DNA of 64,000 nucleotides. Origin: Microthyrium microscopicum (lineage: Eukaryota). Both the position numbers and the translations under genes were made by a program. The notes under the pieces were generated by a model. That model saw nothing but the letters and a program-made list of their open reading frames with translations. It was not told the origin of the DNA and did no database searches. Where the stretch lies: the NCBI GenBank assembly GCA_010405405.1, contig MU004236.1:998070-1062069 (forward strand). The letters run 5' to 3'. Shown here piece after piece: positions 49,203 to 59,922 of this stretch. Every line of letters begins with the position of its first letter. Position 1 is the stretch's first letter.

Positions 49203-52200
49203 ATGGCGCCATTAGTTAGTGATGCGCAGATAAAGGGTGCTTCTTTGCATACGCCCCTGCCCTCTGCGCTGCATACCTATCTTTGGCCCTTCTTAATACT
49301 CTGGCCTGCCTTCTTCTCCTTCTATCTATCCGAAGAACGATACGATACCCATATTGGTGGACAAGAATGGACCTTTGTCTTCTCTGGCACTATATTCACA
49401 GCCCAGGCCTTATTATGGCTAATGACAAAATGGAGCGTGAACATGCGCACCCTTTTTACCGCGACCTCCGCTAAAGATGTCCGAACTGCTACTCTCATCA
49501 AAGTCGATCCAATCGCCAACGCCGGCAAGTCGGAATTCTGCACCTTGCGCCGTGAGATCATCGATGGAAAGCCAGCTACTTCCTTCCTCTTTCAAAAGCG
49601 CCGGTTCTTGTACGATCAAGCCAAAGGCAGCTTTATTCCCCTGACATTTATTTTGGACGCCGAACCAAAACCACAACTCAAGGTTTTCCAAATTTCAAAA
49701 GGACTTACATCTTCCAGCGAGATCAAGCGACTGGAACAATACTATGGAGACAATACATTCGATATTCCTGTTCCCAGCTTCACCGAGCTCTTCCAGGAGC
49801 ATGCCGTTGCCCCTTTTTTCGTTTTTCAGATCTTCTGTGTTGGACTGTGGATGCTGGACGAATACTGGTACTACTCCTTGTTCACATTGTTTATGTTGGT
49901 CATGTTCGAAAGCACAGTGGTTTGGCAGCGACAACGAACTTTGAAGGAGTTTCGAGGTATGAGCATTAAGCCATATGATATCTGGGTATACCGACAGAAC
50001 TCGTGGATGGAAACACAGAGTGACAAGCTTCTACCTGGCGATCTCGTGTCTATTGGTAGAACTAAAGAGGATGGCGGCGTTGCTTGCGATATGCTCCTTG
50101 TGGAAGGTACTGCAATCGTCAACGAAGCTATGCTTTCTGGAGAAAGTACGCCAATCCTGAAGGATTCTGTTCAACTTCGACCTGGTGATGCTCGCATTGA
50201 ATCCGAAGGTCTAGACAAGAATTCGTTTCTTTATGGAGGCACCAAGGTGCTTCAGGTTACCCATGGAGTTACTGCTGAAGATGCCCCTGATGCTATCCCC
50301 GTGTCTTTGTCTGGCGTACCACCAGCACCAGATAAGGGCGCAATGGCCATTGTCGTCAAGACAGGCTTCGAAACAAGCCAAGGTAGCCTTGTTCGAACAA
50401 TGATCTTTGCTACCGAGCACGTCTCAGCAAATAACTTCGAGGCTCTTCTGTTCATTCTCTTCCTTTTGATCTTTGCAATTGCAGCCTCATGGTATGTCTG
50501 GAAAGAAGGCGTCGCCAGAGACCGGAAGCGATCCAAGCTACTGTTGGACTGCGTTCTCATCATCACGAGCGTTGTACCTCCGGAACTACCAATGGAACTC
50601 AGTCTTGCGGTCAACACCAGTCTTGCGGCCCTTTCACGATTTGCCATCTTTTGCACCGAGCCTTTCAGGATTCCATTCGCGGGGCGTGTTGATATTGCAT
50701 GCTTTGACAAGACCGGGACTTTGACTGGAGAAAATCTAGTTGTCGACGGTGTTGCTGGACTTGATCTTGGAAAACAGGGCGTGAAGACCGAAGTTGATGG
50801 CGCGCAGACACATCTTTACCCTCTAACCCAGACAGGATCCCTCACTACATTGGTGCTCGCTACAGCCCATGCACTTGTCAAGCTCGACGATGGCGAGATT
50901 GTCGGTGAACCTATGGAACGCGCGACACTTACCTCACTGGGGTGGCAGCTTGGAAGCAACGACATTCTTACCAATAAATCGGGCACCACCTCTGACGTTC
51001 AAATGGTGCAGATTAAACGACGATTCCAGTTCTCTTCTTCACTCAAACGTCAAAGCTCCGTCGCATCTGTCATATCAAATAATCCAAAGACGAACAAGAA
51101 GACCAAATCAACGTTTGTTGCCGTCAAAGGAGCACCAGAGACCATTCGAAACATGCTAATTGATGCACCACCCAAGTACGAAGAAACTTTCAAGCACTTT
51201 ACAAGAAATGGTGGCCGTGTGCTGGCACTATCGTACAAATTCCTCTCCGAGGAGAATGAGCTGGGACAAGGAAAAATCAATGATCTGAAGCGTGAAGATG
51301 TCGAAAAAGATCTTCACTTTGCTGGTTTCCTTGTCCTACAAACGCCACTCAAAGATGACGCCTGCAAAGCTGTTCGCATGCTTAACGAAAGCAGTCATCG
51401 GGTTGTCATGATTACTGGTGACAATCCTCTCACTGCCGTTCATGTGGCTAGACAAGTCGAAATTGTTGATCGCGAGGTTCTTATACTCGATGCACCGGAA
51501 GACGACGACTCCGGTGAGAATCTCGTCTGGCGAAGCATTGATGATAAGATCAAAATCTCTGTCAATCTGGATGAGCCACTTGACATGGGTATACTGCAAT
51601 CAACAGATATATGTGTTACTGGTTACGCGCTGCAAAAGTTCAAGAATAAGCCGGACTGGCATAACATCCTACGCTACACCTGGGTCTACGCTCGTGTATC
51701 ACCTCGCCAAAAGGAAGAAATCCTGGTCGGCATGAAGGATGCAGGATATACCACTCTAATGTGTGGTGATGGAACAAACGACGTTGGTGCTTTGAAGCAC
51801 GCCGATGTTGGTGTTGCTCTCTTGAATGGATCTCAACAAGATTTGGACAAGATTGCAGAATTCTCCCGCAACTCGAAGATGAAGGACATCTACGAAAAAC
51901 AAGTTTCACTCATGACAAGATTCAACCAGCCCACGCCTCCAGTCCCACCTATGATTGCTCACTTGTACCCTCCTGGACCATCCAATCCTCACTACGAGAA
52001 AGCGATGGAGCAACAGGCTGCGATACGTGCTGGAAAGGCTGGTGGAGACGTGAAGCCTCAAGAAAACGGCATCACCACTATCACCACCCCAGGCGCGCAA
52101 GCTCTCATCGATGAAAAGGGCGCTCCCAAGAACACTCCTCAACAACAAGCAGTCGTCGATATGGCCAGTAAATTTACTCAATCCATGATGGATGCGGAGA

Positions 52201-53087
52201 TAGACGATGGTGAACCACCCACCATCAAGCTCGGAGACGCATCTGTAGCAGCGCCATTCACCAGCAAGCTCTCTAATGTCATGGCCATTCCCAACATTGT
52301 CCGTCAAGGACGCTGCACCCTTGTCGCTACCATCCAAATGTACAAAATCCTCGCCCTCAACTGTCTCATTAGCGCATACAGTCTTAGCGTACTGTATCTC
52401 GATGGCATTAAATTCGGCGACGGCCAAGTAACTATTAGCGGCATGATGATGAGCGTCTGCTTCCTGTCCATTTCTCGGGCTAAGCCCGTTGAAGCACTCT
52501 CCAAAGAGCGCCCGCAAAACAACATCTTCAATCCCTACATCATCGGCTCTATCCTCGGCCAATTCGCCATCCATATCGTCACACTCATCTATCTATCCCG
52601 CTATGTCCAGCGCCAAGAGGCCAAACCCGACAACCCGGATCTCGAAGGCGAATTCCAGCCATCGCTCCTCAACAGCGCCATCTACCTCCTCCAACTCATC
52701 CAGCAAGTCTCCACCTTCGCCATCAACTATCAAGGACGCCCATTCCGCGAGAGTATCCGTGAGAACAAGGGCATGTGGTGGGGTCTACTTATTCCTGGTG
52801 CCGTCGCATTTAGCGCGTCCACTGAGTTTGTGCCTGAGATCAATGAGCGTCTCAAACTTGTGCCGTTTACGGCCGAGTTCAAGACTACGCTGACGGTGCT
52901 CATGCTCGTCGACTTTGTCGGATGCTGGGTGGTTGAGCAGATCTTCAAGCTTTCGTTCAGTGATTATCGACCAAAGGATATTGCGGTGCGTCGTAAGGAT
53001 CAGTTGGAGCGCGAGGAGAAGCGTAAGGCCGAGGAGCGGGAGGCTGAGGAGAGACGGATTGAGGAGGAGCAGGGTAAGGTTGGTTGA
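49203..53087 (+). CDS. SPF1: P5A-type ATPase (ER transmembrane helix dislocase), single exon, 1294 aa
   Basis: APFFVFQIFCVGLW, LSGES, VPPELPMEL, CFDKTGTLT, KGAPE, MITGD, CGDGTNDVGALK, GDASVAAPFTSK. Confidence 0.97.
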   Translation: MAPLVSDAQIKGASLHTPLPSALHTYLWPFLILWPAFFSFYLSEERYDTHIGGQEWTFVFSGTIFTAQALLWLMTKWSVNMRTLFTATSAKDVRTATLIKVDPIANAGKSEFCTLRREIIDGKPATSFLFQKRRFLYDQAKGSFIPLTFILDAEPKPQLKVFQISKGLTSSSEIKRLEQYYGDNTFDIPVPSFTELFQEHAVAPFFVFQIFCVGLWMLDEYWYYSLFTLFMLVMFESTVVWQRQRTLKEFRGMSIKPYDIWVYRQNSWMETQSDKLLPGDLVSIGRTKEDGGVACDMLLVEGTAIVNEAMLSGESTPILKDSVQLRPGDARIESEGLDKNSFLYGGTKVLQVTHGVTAEDAPDAIPVSLSGVPPAPDKGAMAIVVKTGFETSQGSLVRTMIFATEHVSANNFEALLFILFLLIFAIAASWYVWKEGVARDRKRSKLLLDCVLIITSVVPPELPMELSLAVNTSLAALSRFAIFCTEPFRIPFAGRVDIACFDKTGTLTGENLVVDGVAGLDLGKQGVKTEVDGAQTHLYPLTQTGSLTTLVLATAHALVKLDDGEIVGEPMERATLTSLGWQLGSNDILTNKSGTTSDVQMVQIKRRFQFSSSLKRQSSVASVISNNPKTNKKTKSTFVAVKGAPETIRNMLIDAPPKYEETFKHFTRNGGRVLALSYKFLSEENELGQGKINDLKREDVEKDLHFAGFLVLQTPLKDDACKAVRMLNESSHRVVMITGDNPLTAVHVARQVEIVDREVLILDAPEDDDSGENLVWRSIDDKIKISVNLDEPLDMGILQSTDICVTGYALQKFKNKPDWHNILRYTWVYARVSPRQKEEILVGMKDAGYTTLMCGDGTNDVGALKHADVGVALLNGSQQDLDKIAEFSRNSKMKDIYEKQVSLMTRFNQPTPPVPPMIAHLYPPGPSNPHYEKAMEQQAAIRAGKAGGDVKPQENGITTITTPGAQALIDEKGAPKNTPQQQAVVDMASKFTQSMMDAEIDDGEPPTIKLGDASVAAPFTSKLSNVMAIPNIVRQGRCTLVATIQMYKILALNCLISAYSLSVLYLDGIKFGDGQVTISGMMMSVCFLSISRAKPVEALSKERPQNNIFNPYIIGSILGQFAIHIVTLIYLSRYVQRQEAKPDNPDLEGEFQPSLLNSAIYLLQLIQQVSTFAINYQGRPFRESIRENKGMWWGLLIPGAVAFSASTEFVPEINERLKLVPFTAEFKTTLTVLMLVDFVGCWVVEQIFKLSFSDYRPKDIAVRRKDQLEREEKRKAEEREAEERRIEEEQGKVG

Positions 53088-53189
53088 TTGGTGAAGATTT
53101 TCTGTTGTTTGTACTTTTTAATTAATTAGAGATGCTAGACTGTAGCAATAGTATGATTTTTCGATAGTATTTGTGATGGTAGATTGTCA

Positions 53190-55507
53190 CTACTCGACCC
53201 AAAAGTCCTCTTGTTTCCATGCATCTATGATGTCGGCTAATTCCGAGTGCCCAAATTCTCTTGCTACTTCGGCAGGTGTTCCTTCAATACCACGACCTTC
53301 GTTCACTCCTGAAAGAACTCTGTATCCAGTTGCTCTGTATTTTGTACTTGCACCCATCTCCAGCAGCCATGTAACATACTCCGTGAGGCCATCAGCAGCA
53401 GCTAGATGGATGGCTTGTACCTTATCAATTTCATGATTTATATTGGCACCTTTTCCCAACAGATAGGCTGACATGATGATTTGCTTCTGTTGCCGATCTG
53501 AATCCTTCTTGTTGCCGAAATACTCGGCAACGTTGAATATTGCCTTGGAGACCTCGTTTTCCAGTCTGTCATTGTTGACCCGCTGAACATGCTCTACCAA
53601 TAGTCTCAGCTTGAGTAGTGAAATGGCCGCCGCAGCATACACAACCGGGCTATCGTCAGTATCATCCAATGATGTCGCATCTGCGCCATTGTCCAGGAGT
53701 AACTTGACAATTGCAGGTTTGGCATAACCAGCTGCGGTATGAAGTGGTGTACGACCCAAGTCGCCTTTGTGGTGGATGTTTGCGCCTCTCTTCATCAACA
53801 TCTCAAACATCTCAATCGAGCAGTCATATCTTGACGCTCTATGGAGGATGCTCTCGCCCAAACTGTTTAAAGCGTTGATGCTTGCACCATGATCAAGCAG
53901 CAAGGTAGCCATTTGGATTGAGTGATTTGCTACGGCCTGAAACAGTGCAGTCGCACCACTGGCATCTGCAGAATCTATAAGCGCGCCCTTCGCTAGTAAA
54001 AGTTCCACTAGTTTCTCTTGCTTCATGTTGGCTGCTAGCCTCAACGGCTTCCATTGGACATTATTCATGGATTGTATGGTCATGTCAACGTTGGGATCCG
54101 CATTGTCTTCGAGTAGGCTCCTAAGTATGACATATTAGCGATTGGTGATAGAATCGAGGATTTGGAACATAACAGTCAAGATGAGCCGTCGTGCAATTCT
54201 CCGTTTCCCCTATCTCTCAAAATAACAAACACCACGAACTCTTTGTGAACAAATTTCCTACAGAAATAACGTACCAGAGTAGCATTGAATCTCTATCTTT
54301 GATAGCCTTTTTCATTTCTTCTGGACGAGATATGAGAATTGGTTTCGTCTTTGATCGATGTTGCGAATGGATATTGAGCTGTAACACGTTGTGTGTAATC
54401 CTAGTATTCTGGTTGTTTGGGCTCGTGTTCGAGTTGATTATGGACAATGCCTCCCTATCTTTAGTCAGAAATCCAATATCGCAGCTGAAAGCATTAAGCT
54501 TCATGAGCACACCAATTGATATACAGCCCTTGCTAGTGTAGAACGCCTCGAAGACAAGAAATCGAAAGGCGACGATAAAACTCGTCCAAAGAAAGGAGGA
54601 TCCTTACACCCACATGTTATGTGGTAGGGATTATCGTACTCTAAGATGAAGATCCGCCAATTTTCTGGCTTCTCTGGCTCGAGCATAGACGTAAACTAGT
54701 AAGTACTTACATCTGCAGGCTATTCATGACCATAGTGACCAGCTCTCGCTGAGCTCTCAGGTCCTGAAGAAGTATCGTCAGGTCCTCATGGCCGTAAACG
54801 AATTTTGCACTACCACTGATGAGCACATGGAGAATCCAAGCCCAGTCATGAGCCGATTTTGTGTTTCTGCTTCTATGTGGAAATAATCGATATACTCACC
54901 CTTGTTTAATAGATCCTGCTTTCGTTTCATCGAATTTCGCGAGTGTTTTTGCCAGCTTTTTCATGACATCGCTTATTCCATATACAGCGTCGTCAAAGTC
55001 CCGTACGAGTTCATCACCTAAAAGCGTTAGTGTTGAATTATCAAAAGTTGTTACGGCGCCCCGGTAGCGTTATCTGCTTTTCGTAGTGCACTTCTGGTAT
55101 CCGAAGCGCAGAGTGATGCTTAACGTACTGCTTGGTAGTGGACCATATTCTGGTTTTCGTTGCACTGGGCTTTATTACCTTGTCCAGATGTAAATGCTGC
55201 TGGATTACGCTTCAGAACGTCTTGTGTTCTGGCGAGAGACTTGGCAGTGACCTCCAGCTCTCGAGCTATAGATAATAGTGTCGAATTGGCCGAAGTGTAT
55301 TTCTTAGAGAGATCTCTGATTTCGGCATAGGCCTGCATATCGTTTGTCAGTTTGTATTATCAGGAAACAGAAATTGTGAGTAACAACGGAGGCATGATAA
55401 AGGCACGATAGTTGAAGTGTCCATAACTAGATTCTTTGGTCGTTACATACCCAGAAGCACGTCTTTATTGCAGCCGTTGCTGCTGTAGCAATGGAAACGG
55501 GATCCAT
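53190..55507 (-). CDS. Ankyrin-repeat protein with N-terminal helical (SesA/HeLo-like 'fungal N-terminal') domain, multi-exon
   Basis: Exon 1 MDPVSIATAATAAIKTCFW. Helical exons AYAEIRDLSKKY.., DELVRDFDDAV.., KFVYGHEDLTILLQDLRAQR..LQ. Last exon has ankyrin repeats (GATALFQAV, GESILHRA, GRTPLHTAA, AIHLAA, TPAEVA). Internal exon boundaries are partly uncertain. Confidence 0.72.
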
Positions 55508-56499
55508 TTATACTCGAGCACTGATCCGTGCTTGTTTCTCAGCCTGATAAGTGATTTCTCGGTCACTAGGTCGCTTTGCCTTTGAAGTATTGCAACAAAT
55601 CACTTCCCTTGTGCTTTCGTTAGTATATTGCAAGTAATGTATACGGAGTGAGTAGGTTTTCAGGAAGGTTCGGGCAAGAATCCGGGATCTCTAGTACCGT
55701 GGCTGTGCCGTCGAGGCCGTCTGCATGCAGGAGAATGGACGCGTTGAACGTGACTGGCTGGAAGAGAGCTGGCCACCATTGGCAGATAGACGCCTAGGAC
55801 CAATTCCGATTACGAGGTCTACATAAACCCTAAGTTTGACCTCTCTCACGAAAGCGGAAAAAACGTGCTTCGGATCAGTGAGTAGAGCAAAATTGAACGT
55901 GCGGTTTTCAGTAGAAGAAATCGACATGGAGAATCTTGAATGCCGCACGCAGTATTGTGTTCCAGTAATCGATTGCTCCAATTTGGGGCTATGCTTTCAA
56001 GCACGGGGATTTCAGTACATATATCACTCGCCTATGGCATCTAAACCCCAAGTTCAAGAGCTGTTTATTCGAAATCATATTGGCAACGCGCTCTCCACTC
56101 TTGATAGTCAAGAGTGCCAAAGCCTGGTTGTCCCGCGACATCCAGAGCTTGCACCGATGCTACTATGCAAGCCAGGTAGCAAAACCATCTGACACTAGCC
56201 AGGTTGTGACTTTATTCCCCGGATCGTATCTATGAATTGTAGCGCGAAGGTGATGAAGTGTAGTTGAACGCGCCCAGAATATGGAAGGTACTCATCACGC
56301 GGTTAGAAGCTTGGGTCATCATCAACTGGGATTCATGCGCGCGGCTAAACGCCCCTCTCAGATTCCTAATGTGAACTGGTACCATCGCCTACTCGTCTCA
56401 TGTCAAGAAAGCCGCCTCTTAGCAGTCTCCTTCCTGCTTCATATTTCATACCATCCGTCTCTCGTTCTCTCACCCACCGTTCCCCCATGAGACGTTGCC

Positions 56500-58623
56500 A
56501 TGAGCGGGCGTGTCCTAGGCAGAGGCCGCGTTCTTGGTAACCCGCGGAACGCCGCTGTCCAACCTGTAACCTCCTCGATATCAGGTCCCTCGAATATACC
56601 TCCTAGTTCCGACTCCTCTACTTCTCTCACAAGTTCGCTATCTGGATCTACCGCCCAAGATGCAACCGCTAGCAACTCCCGCTCGACTGTAGGCACATCT
56701 TCACAAGATCTCGCTTCCCATGTATCCCTCGGCGTACCTGATAACGCTGCCGCCGCAAATGCCTCGAGCCGAATAATATGTCCTATCTGCAGCGAGCAGA
56801 TGGTCACACTGCTACAGCTGAACAGACATCTTGACGACGCACATCAGAATTTGGAGGAAGTTCAACAAGATGAAGTCAAGAACTGGTTTCAGGCTCAGGT
56901 GGACAAGGCAAAGAAACTCCCCGCCCTAGCAGTGCTGGAAAAGAAATTCAAAGCACTGGACGTGTTTGAATCGAATTCGTCTGCAACGCCTCCACCGGCT
57001 AGCTCGTCCAACACCGTAATGCGATCGAGCGCAAACGGATCAGCGGTCAGGAACGTTGGGAGCGGGCACTCAACCCCAGAGCCTTCTGCGCCGAAACCAC
57101 CACCAGAAAGAGAAGTTACGAAAAGACATTGGCAACGTCCGTCGTACGGTGATATGTGCTCTGATCCTCCTTGTGGGAAGAGGCTAGGTGGCAACAATGG
57201 GTCTGTGAATTGTGCAAACTGCGGGAAGCTATTTTGCGAGGACCATACAATGTACCAGATGAAACTTAGCGAAGACGCGCAACACGATCCAGTACGAGGC
57301 ATATGGTCTCGAGTCTGTGAGACGTGCTATAAATCCAGGGACGGGTATAATGATAATAAAGGTATACAAAACTTTGGAATCTTAGAACCGTGGCTGACAT
57401 ACTTCTTAGGATTTGAGCGCAATCATACAGATTTATTTGCTAGCATACGCAGAAAAAATGTCGACAAAGTGCATTTGGAGACCAGCCGTTTGGAAAAGAG
57501 GTTGACTAAACTCACTCAATTATTGGCCAATCCTCCAGCATCGGAATCGGAAGGAAAGGGATTGCTCTGGAGCTTTAGTGGAGGAGCCAAAACCCAGCAA
57601 AGAAATCTCGAGCAGTCGATAATAGCTTGGGAAGACGATGCAACAGTTCCGAATTGTCCTTTCTGTCAACAGGAGTTCTCAAACTACACCTTTCGGCGAC
57701 ACCATTGTCGATTATGTGGAAGGGTAGTTTGTGGTGATGTCCAAACACTGTGCTCTACTCTTATGCCCTTGAATGTGGCAGCTGAGAAGGGACAGATACC
57801 TGTTGGGTTAGATGTTCGGATGTGCAAAGATTGCAAGCATACACTTTTCAGCAAAGCAGACTTTGATCTTGAGGTACATAATAAGCCTCCAGATCAGAGA
57901 TCTTATGAGAACCTAGTTCAGTTTGAAAGGGGGATTCGATTGCTTCTGCCGAAATTTCAGAAGCTTTTGCTTGCTCTCCAGTAAGTAAATAGACATACTT
58001 CAAAGCTGAACAATACTGATTACGCCTACAGGGATCCTGAACAGCCACCCTCAGCAATTCAGATTGCAGACGCGACCAAGGTTCGAAAAAGATTGACAGA
58101 CTCCTTCATTCAATACGAAACTGCTGCCCGTCGCATTCGTGATTTCCCAACATCATCCCCTACCCAAGCGCGGCTACAAAAAGCAGTATATCAACAAGCC
58201 TCCAACTTCCTCCATCTGAACATGCTTCCACTAAAAGCTCTACCTAAAATCCTAAAACATGCTTCACCACATGGTGCCTCAAAGGCCCGTCTCAACAATG
58301 CTCCCGGCAATGCCCTGGCCTCAATAAAATACAACGACCGGCTGGCTGCAGAGACCAGCAGTAACCCTAGTAGCAGCAGTGCCATCGAAAGCCTAGAAGC
58401 TGAAGAGAGGGAGCTTCGCGAGCGACTTATTATTCTTGAGGAACAAAAATTTATCGTTACCGAGATGTTGAATGATGCTCGCAAGAAAAGGAAATTCGAA
58501 GAAATGGCTGCTCTGAGCTCAAATGTTGACGATTTGAGCAGAGAAATTGACAACTTAAGAGCAAGAGTTGTCAAGGTAGAAGGAGACTTTGAGGGTCTCT
58601 ATACTGAGATGAACGGTGGCTGA
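56500..58623 (+). CDS. PEP7: Vacuolar segregation protein Pep7/Vac1 (Rabenosyn-5 homologue): C2H2 finger + two FYVE-type fingers + C-terminal coiled coil
   Basis: CPIC..LNRHLDDAH, HWQ..C..C..NC..CGKLFC, WEDD..CPFCQQEF..RRHHCRLCGRVVC. Introns ~57362-57409 and ~57981-58031. Confidence 0.9.
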
Positions 58624-58916
58624 ACGGTCATAAGATTCCAGTAGTTCTATCTTCTCTCCAAATTCCATCTACATAGGATGGGCTCTTGGCAACTGCTGCC
58701 CACATCCGAACCCCTATATGACAGACGTTGGAGCATCTACCAAGACGAAGAGCCACGAATTGGTTCCACGCTCAATTGTAAATACTAGGTAGCATTGGAC
58801 GCCACTCTCCTATTATGACGCTACGAGACAATGATAAACCATTATAATATCAAATATCCTCCCTTGAATCAAACACATATTTATACAAGCGCGCTTTGCC
58901 ACGAGGTCTTTCCCAA

Positions 58917-59922
58917 TCAACGATATCCAGGCACACTGTTCCATCCCGTCTCAAATCCATACCGTCCATCACCCGTCCACTCTCCAAAGCTGCATCCTTG
59001 TCGCGCTGTCCAGTCAACTTCCATCGGCTCATCTACCATGAATGTCCAGCTTCCCATGCTCGCGCTCCCACTATCGGTATACCACTCACTCGCACCAGAT
59101 CCGTCGGAACATCCGCTGCTCTCCTGTCCACGTGCGGGAGCCAAAAACGCAGCTTCATCGCCGACGCTGAGAGGCAGGAGACCGGCGACGTGCATGTCTA
59201 GTAGGTTGCCTACATCTGCGTCGGGTAGATAGCTTGCTGGTGCACTGCGTGGCGGCGTTACGAAGGTGTCTGGTGCCGATATCATGAAGAGATCGCTGGC
59301 AGGTGTGGCCGGCCCATCAATGTCTGTGAAGCTTGATGCTCGCGATGGTGGAGTAGCAATCGCTGGTGCTATAGGCGGCGTATGGATTGGGGCGCCGCTA
59401 GTGGGCCATCTGTTCGGCAGAATGGGGATAGGGGCCGGCTTGTGTTTGGGCAGTGGTGCGTTGATGGGGAGAGGAGACGGCCAGTGATGAGAGCGTGGTG
59501 GAGAGCGGCTCAACTGGCTGATGGGAACGGGTTTATGTCGGTTGGGCTTGGGTGCTCGGGGCGATGGTGTACTTTTGGCGGCGGGAGAGGATGTTCGGCT
59601 TGCGACTGATATTGTTGGCTTGCCGGGAGAGCGCGTCAATTTGCTGACTGATGATGGCAGAGAGTTGTGAGTCAGCCGCCGAGGAGAGCGGTGCTCACAA
59701 TGAAGGTTTTTGGTCTGGCATCTTGAACAGACAGGATGCTGGTTTGGTGTTAGTGTGGAATGGGCGATGAGGTTACAGTGCAGTTACCTGACGGTCACAT
59801 TTTGTCTTCGCTTTGGCACATGAGACACAGGCAATTTCCTGTCTGGCTTTCTTTGTCTCTCTGATTGGATGTGGAGCAGGGAATTGAGGCAGGAATGATC
59901 TAGAAGGCTGCATTGAAGCCAT
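58917..59922 (-). CDS. Short Zn(II)2Cys6 transcription factor (318 aa); 2 exons (59922-59788, 59738-58917)
   Basis: Splicing a 49-nt GT-AG intron (with CTAAC branch site) gives ACVSCAKAKTKCDRQ/HPVCSRCQTKNLHC, in frame with the Pro/Ser-rich ORF 58917-59639. Confidence 0.85.

Noticed and set aside
49283..52948. Many overlapping or antisense ORFs inside SPF1 (likewise in PRS1, LsdA-like, DUR3, PEP7, chsD)
   Set aside because: Shadow ORFs caused by codon bias of the real genes, with no motifs.
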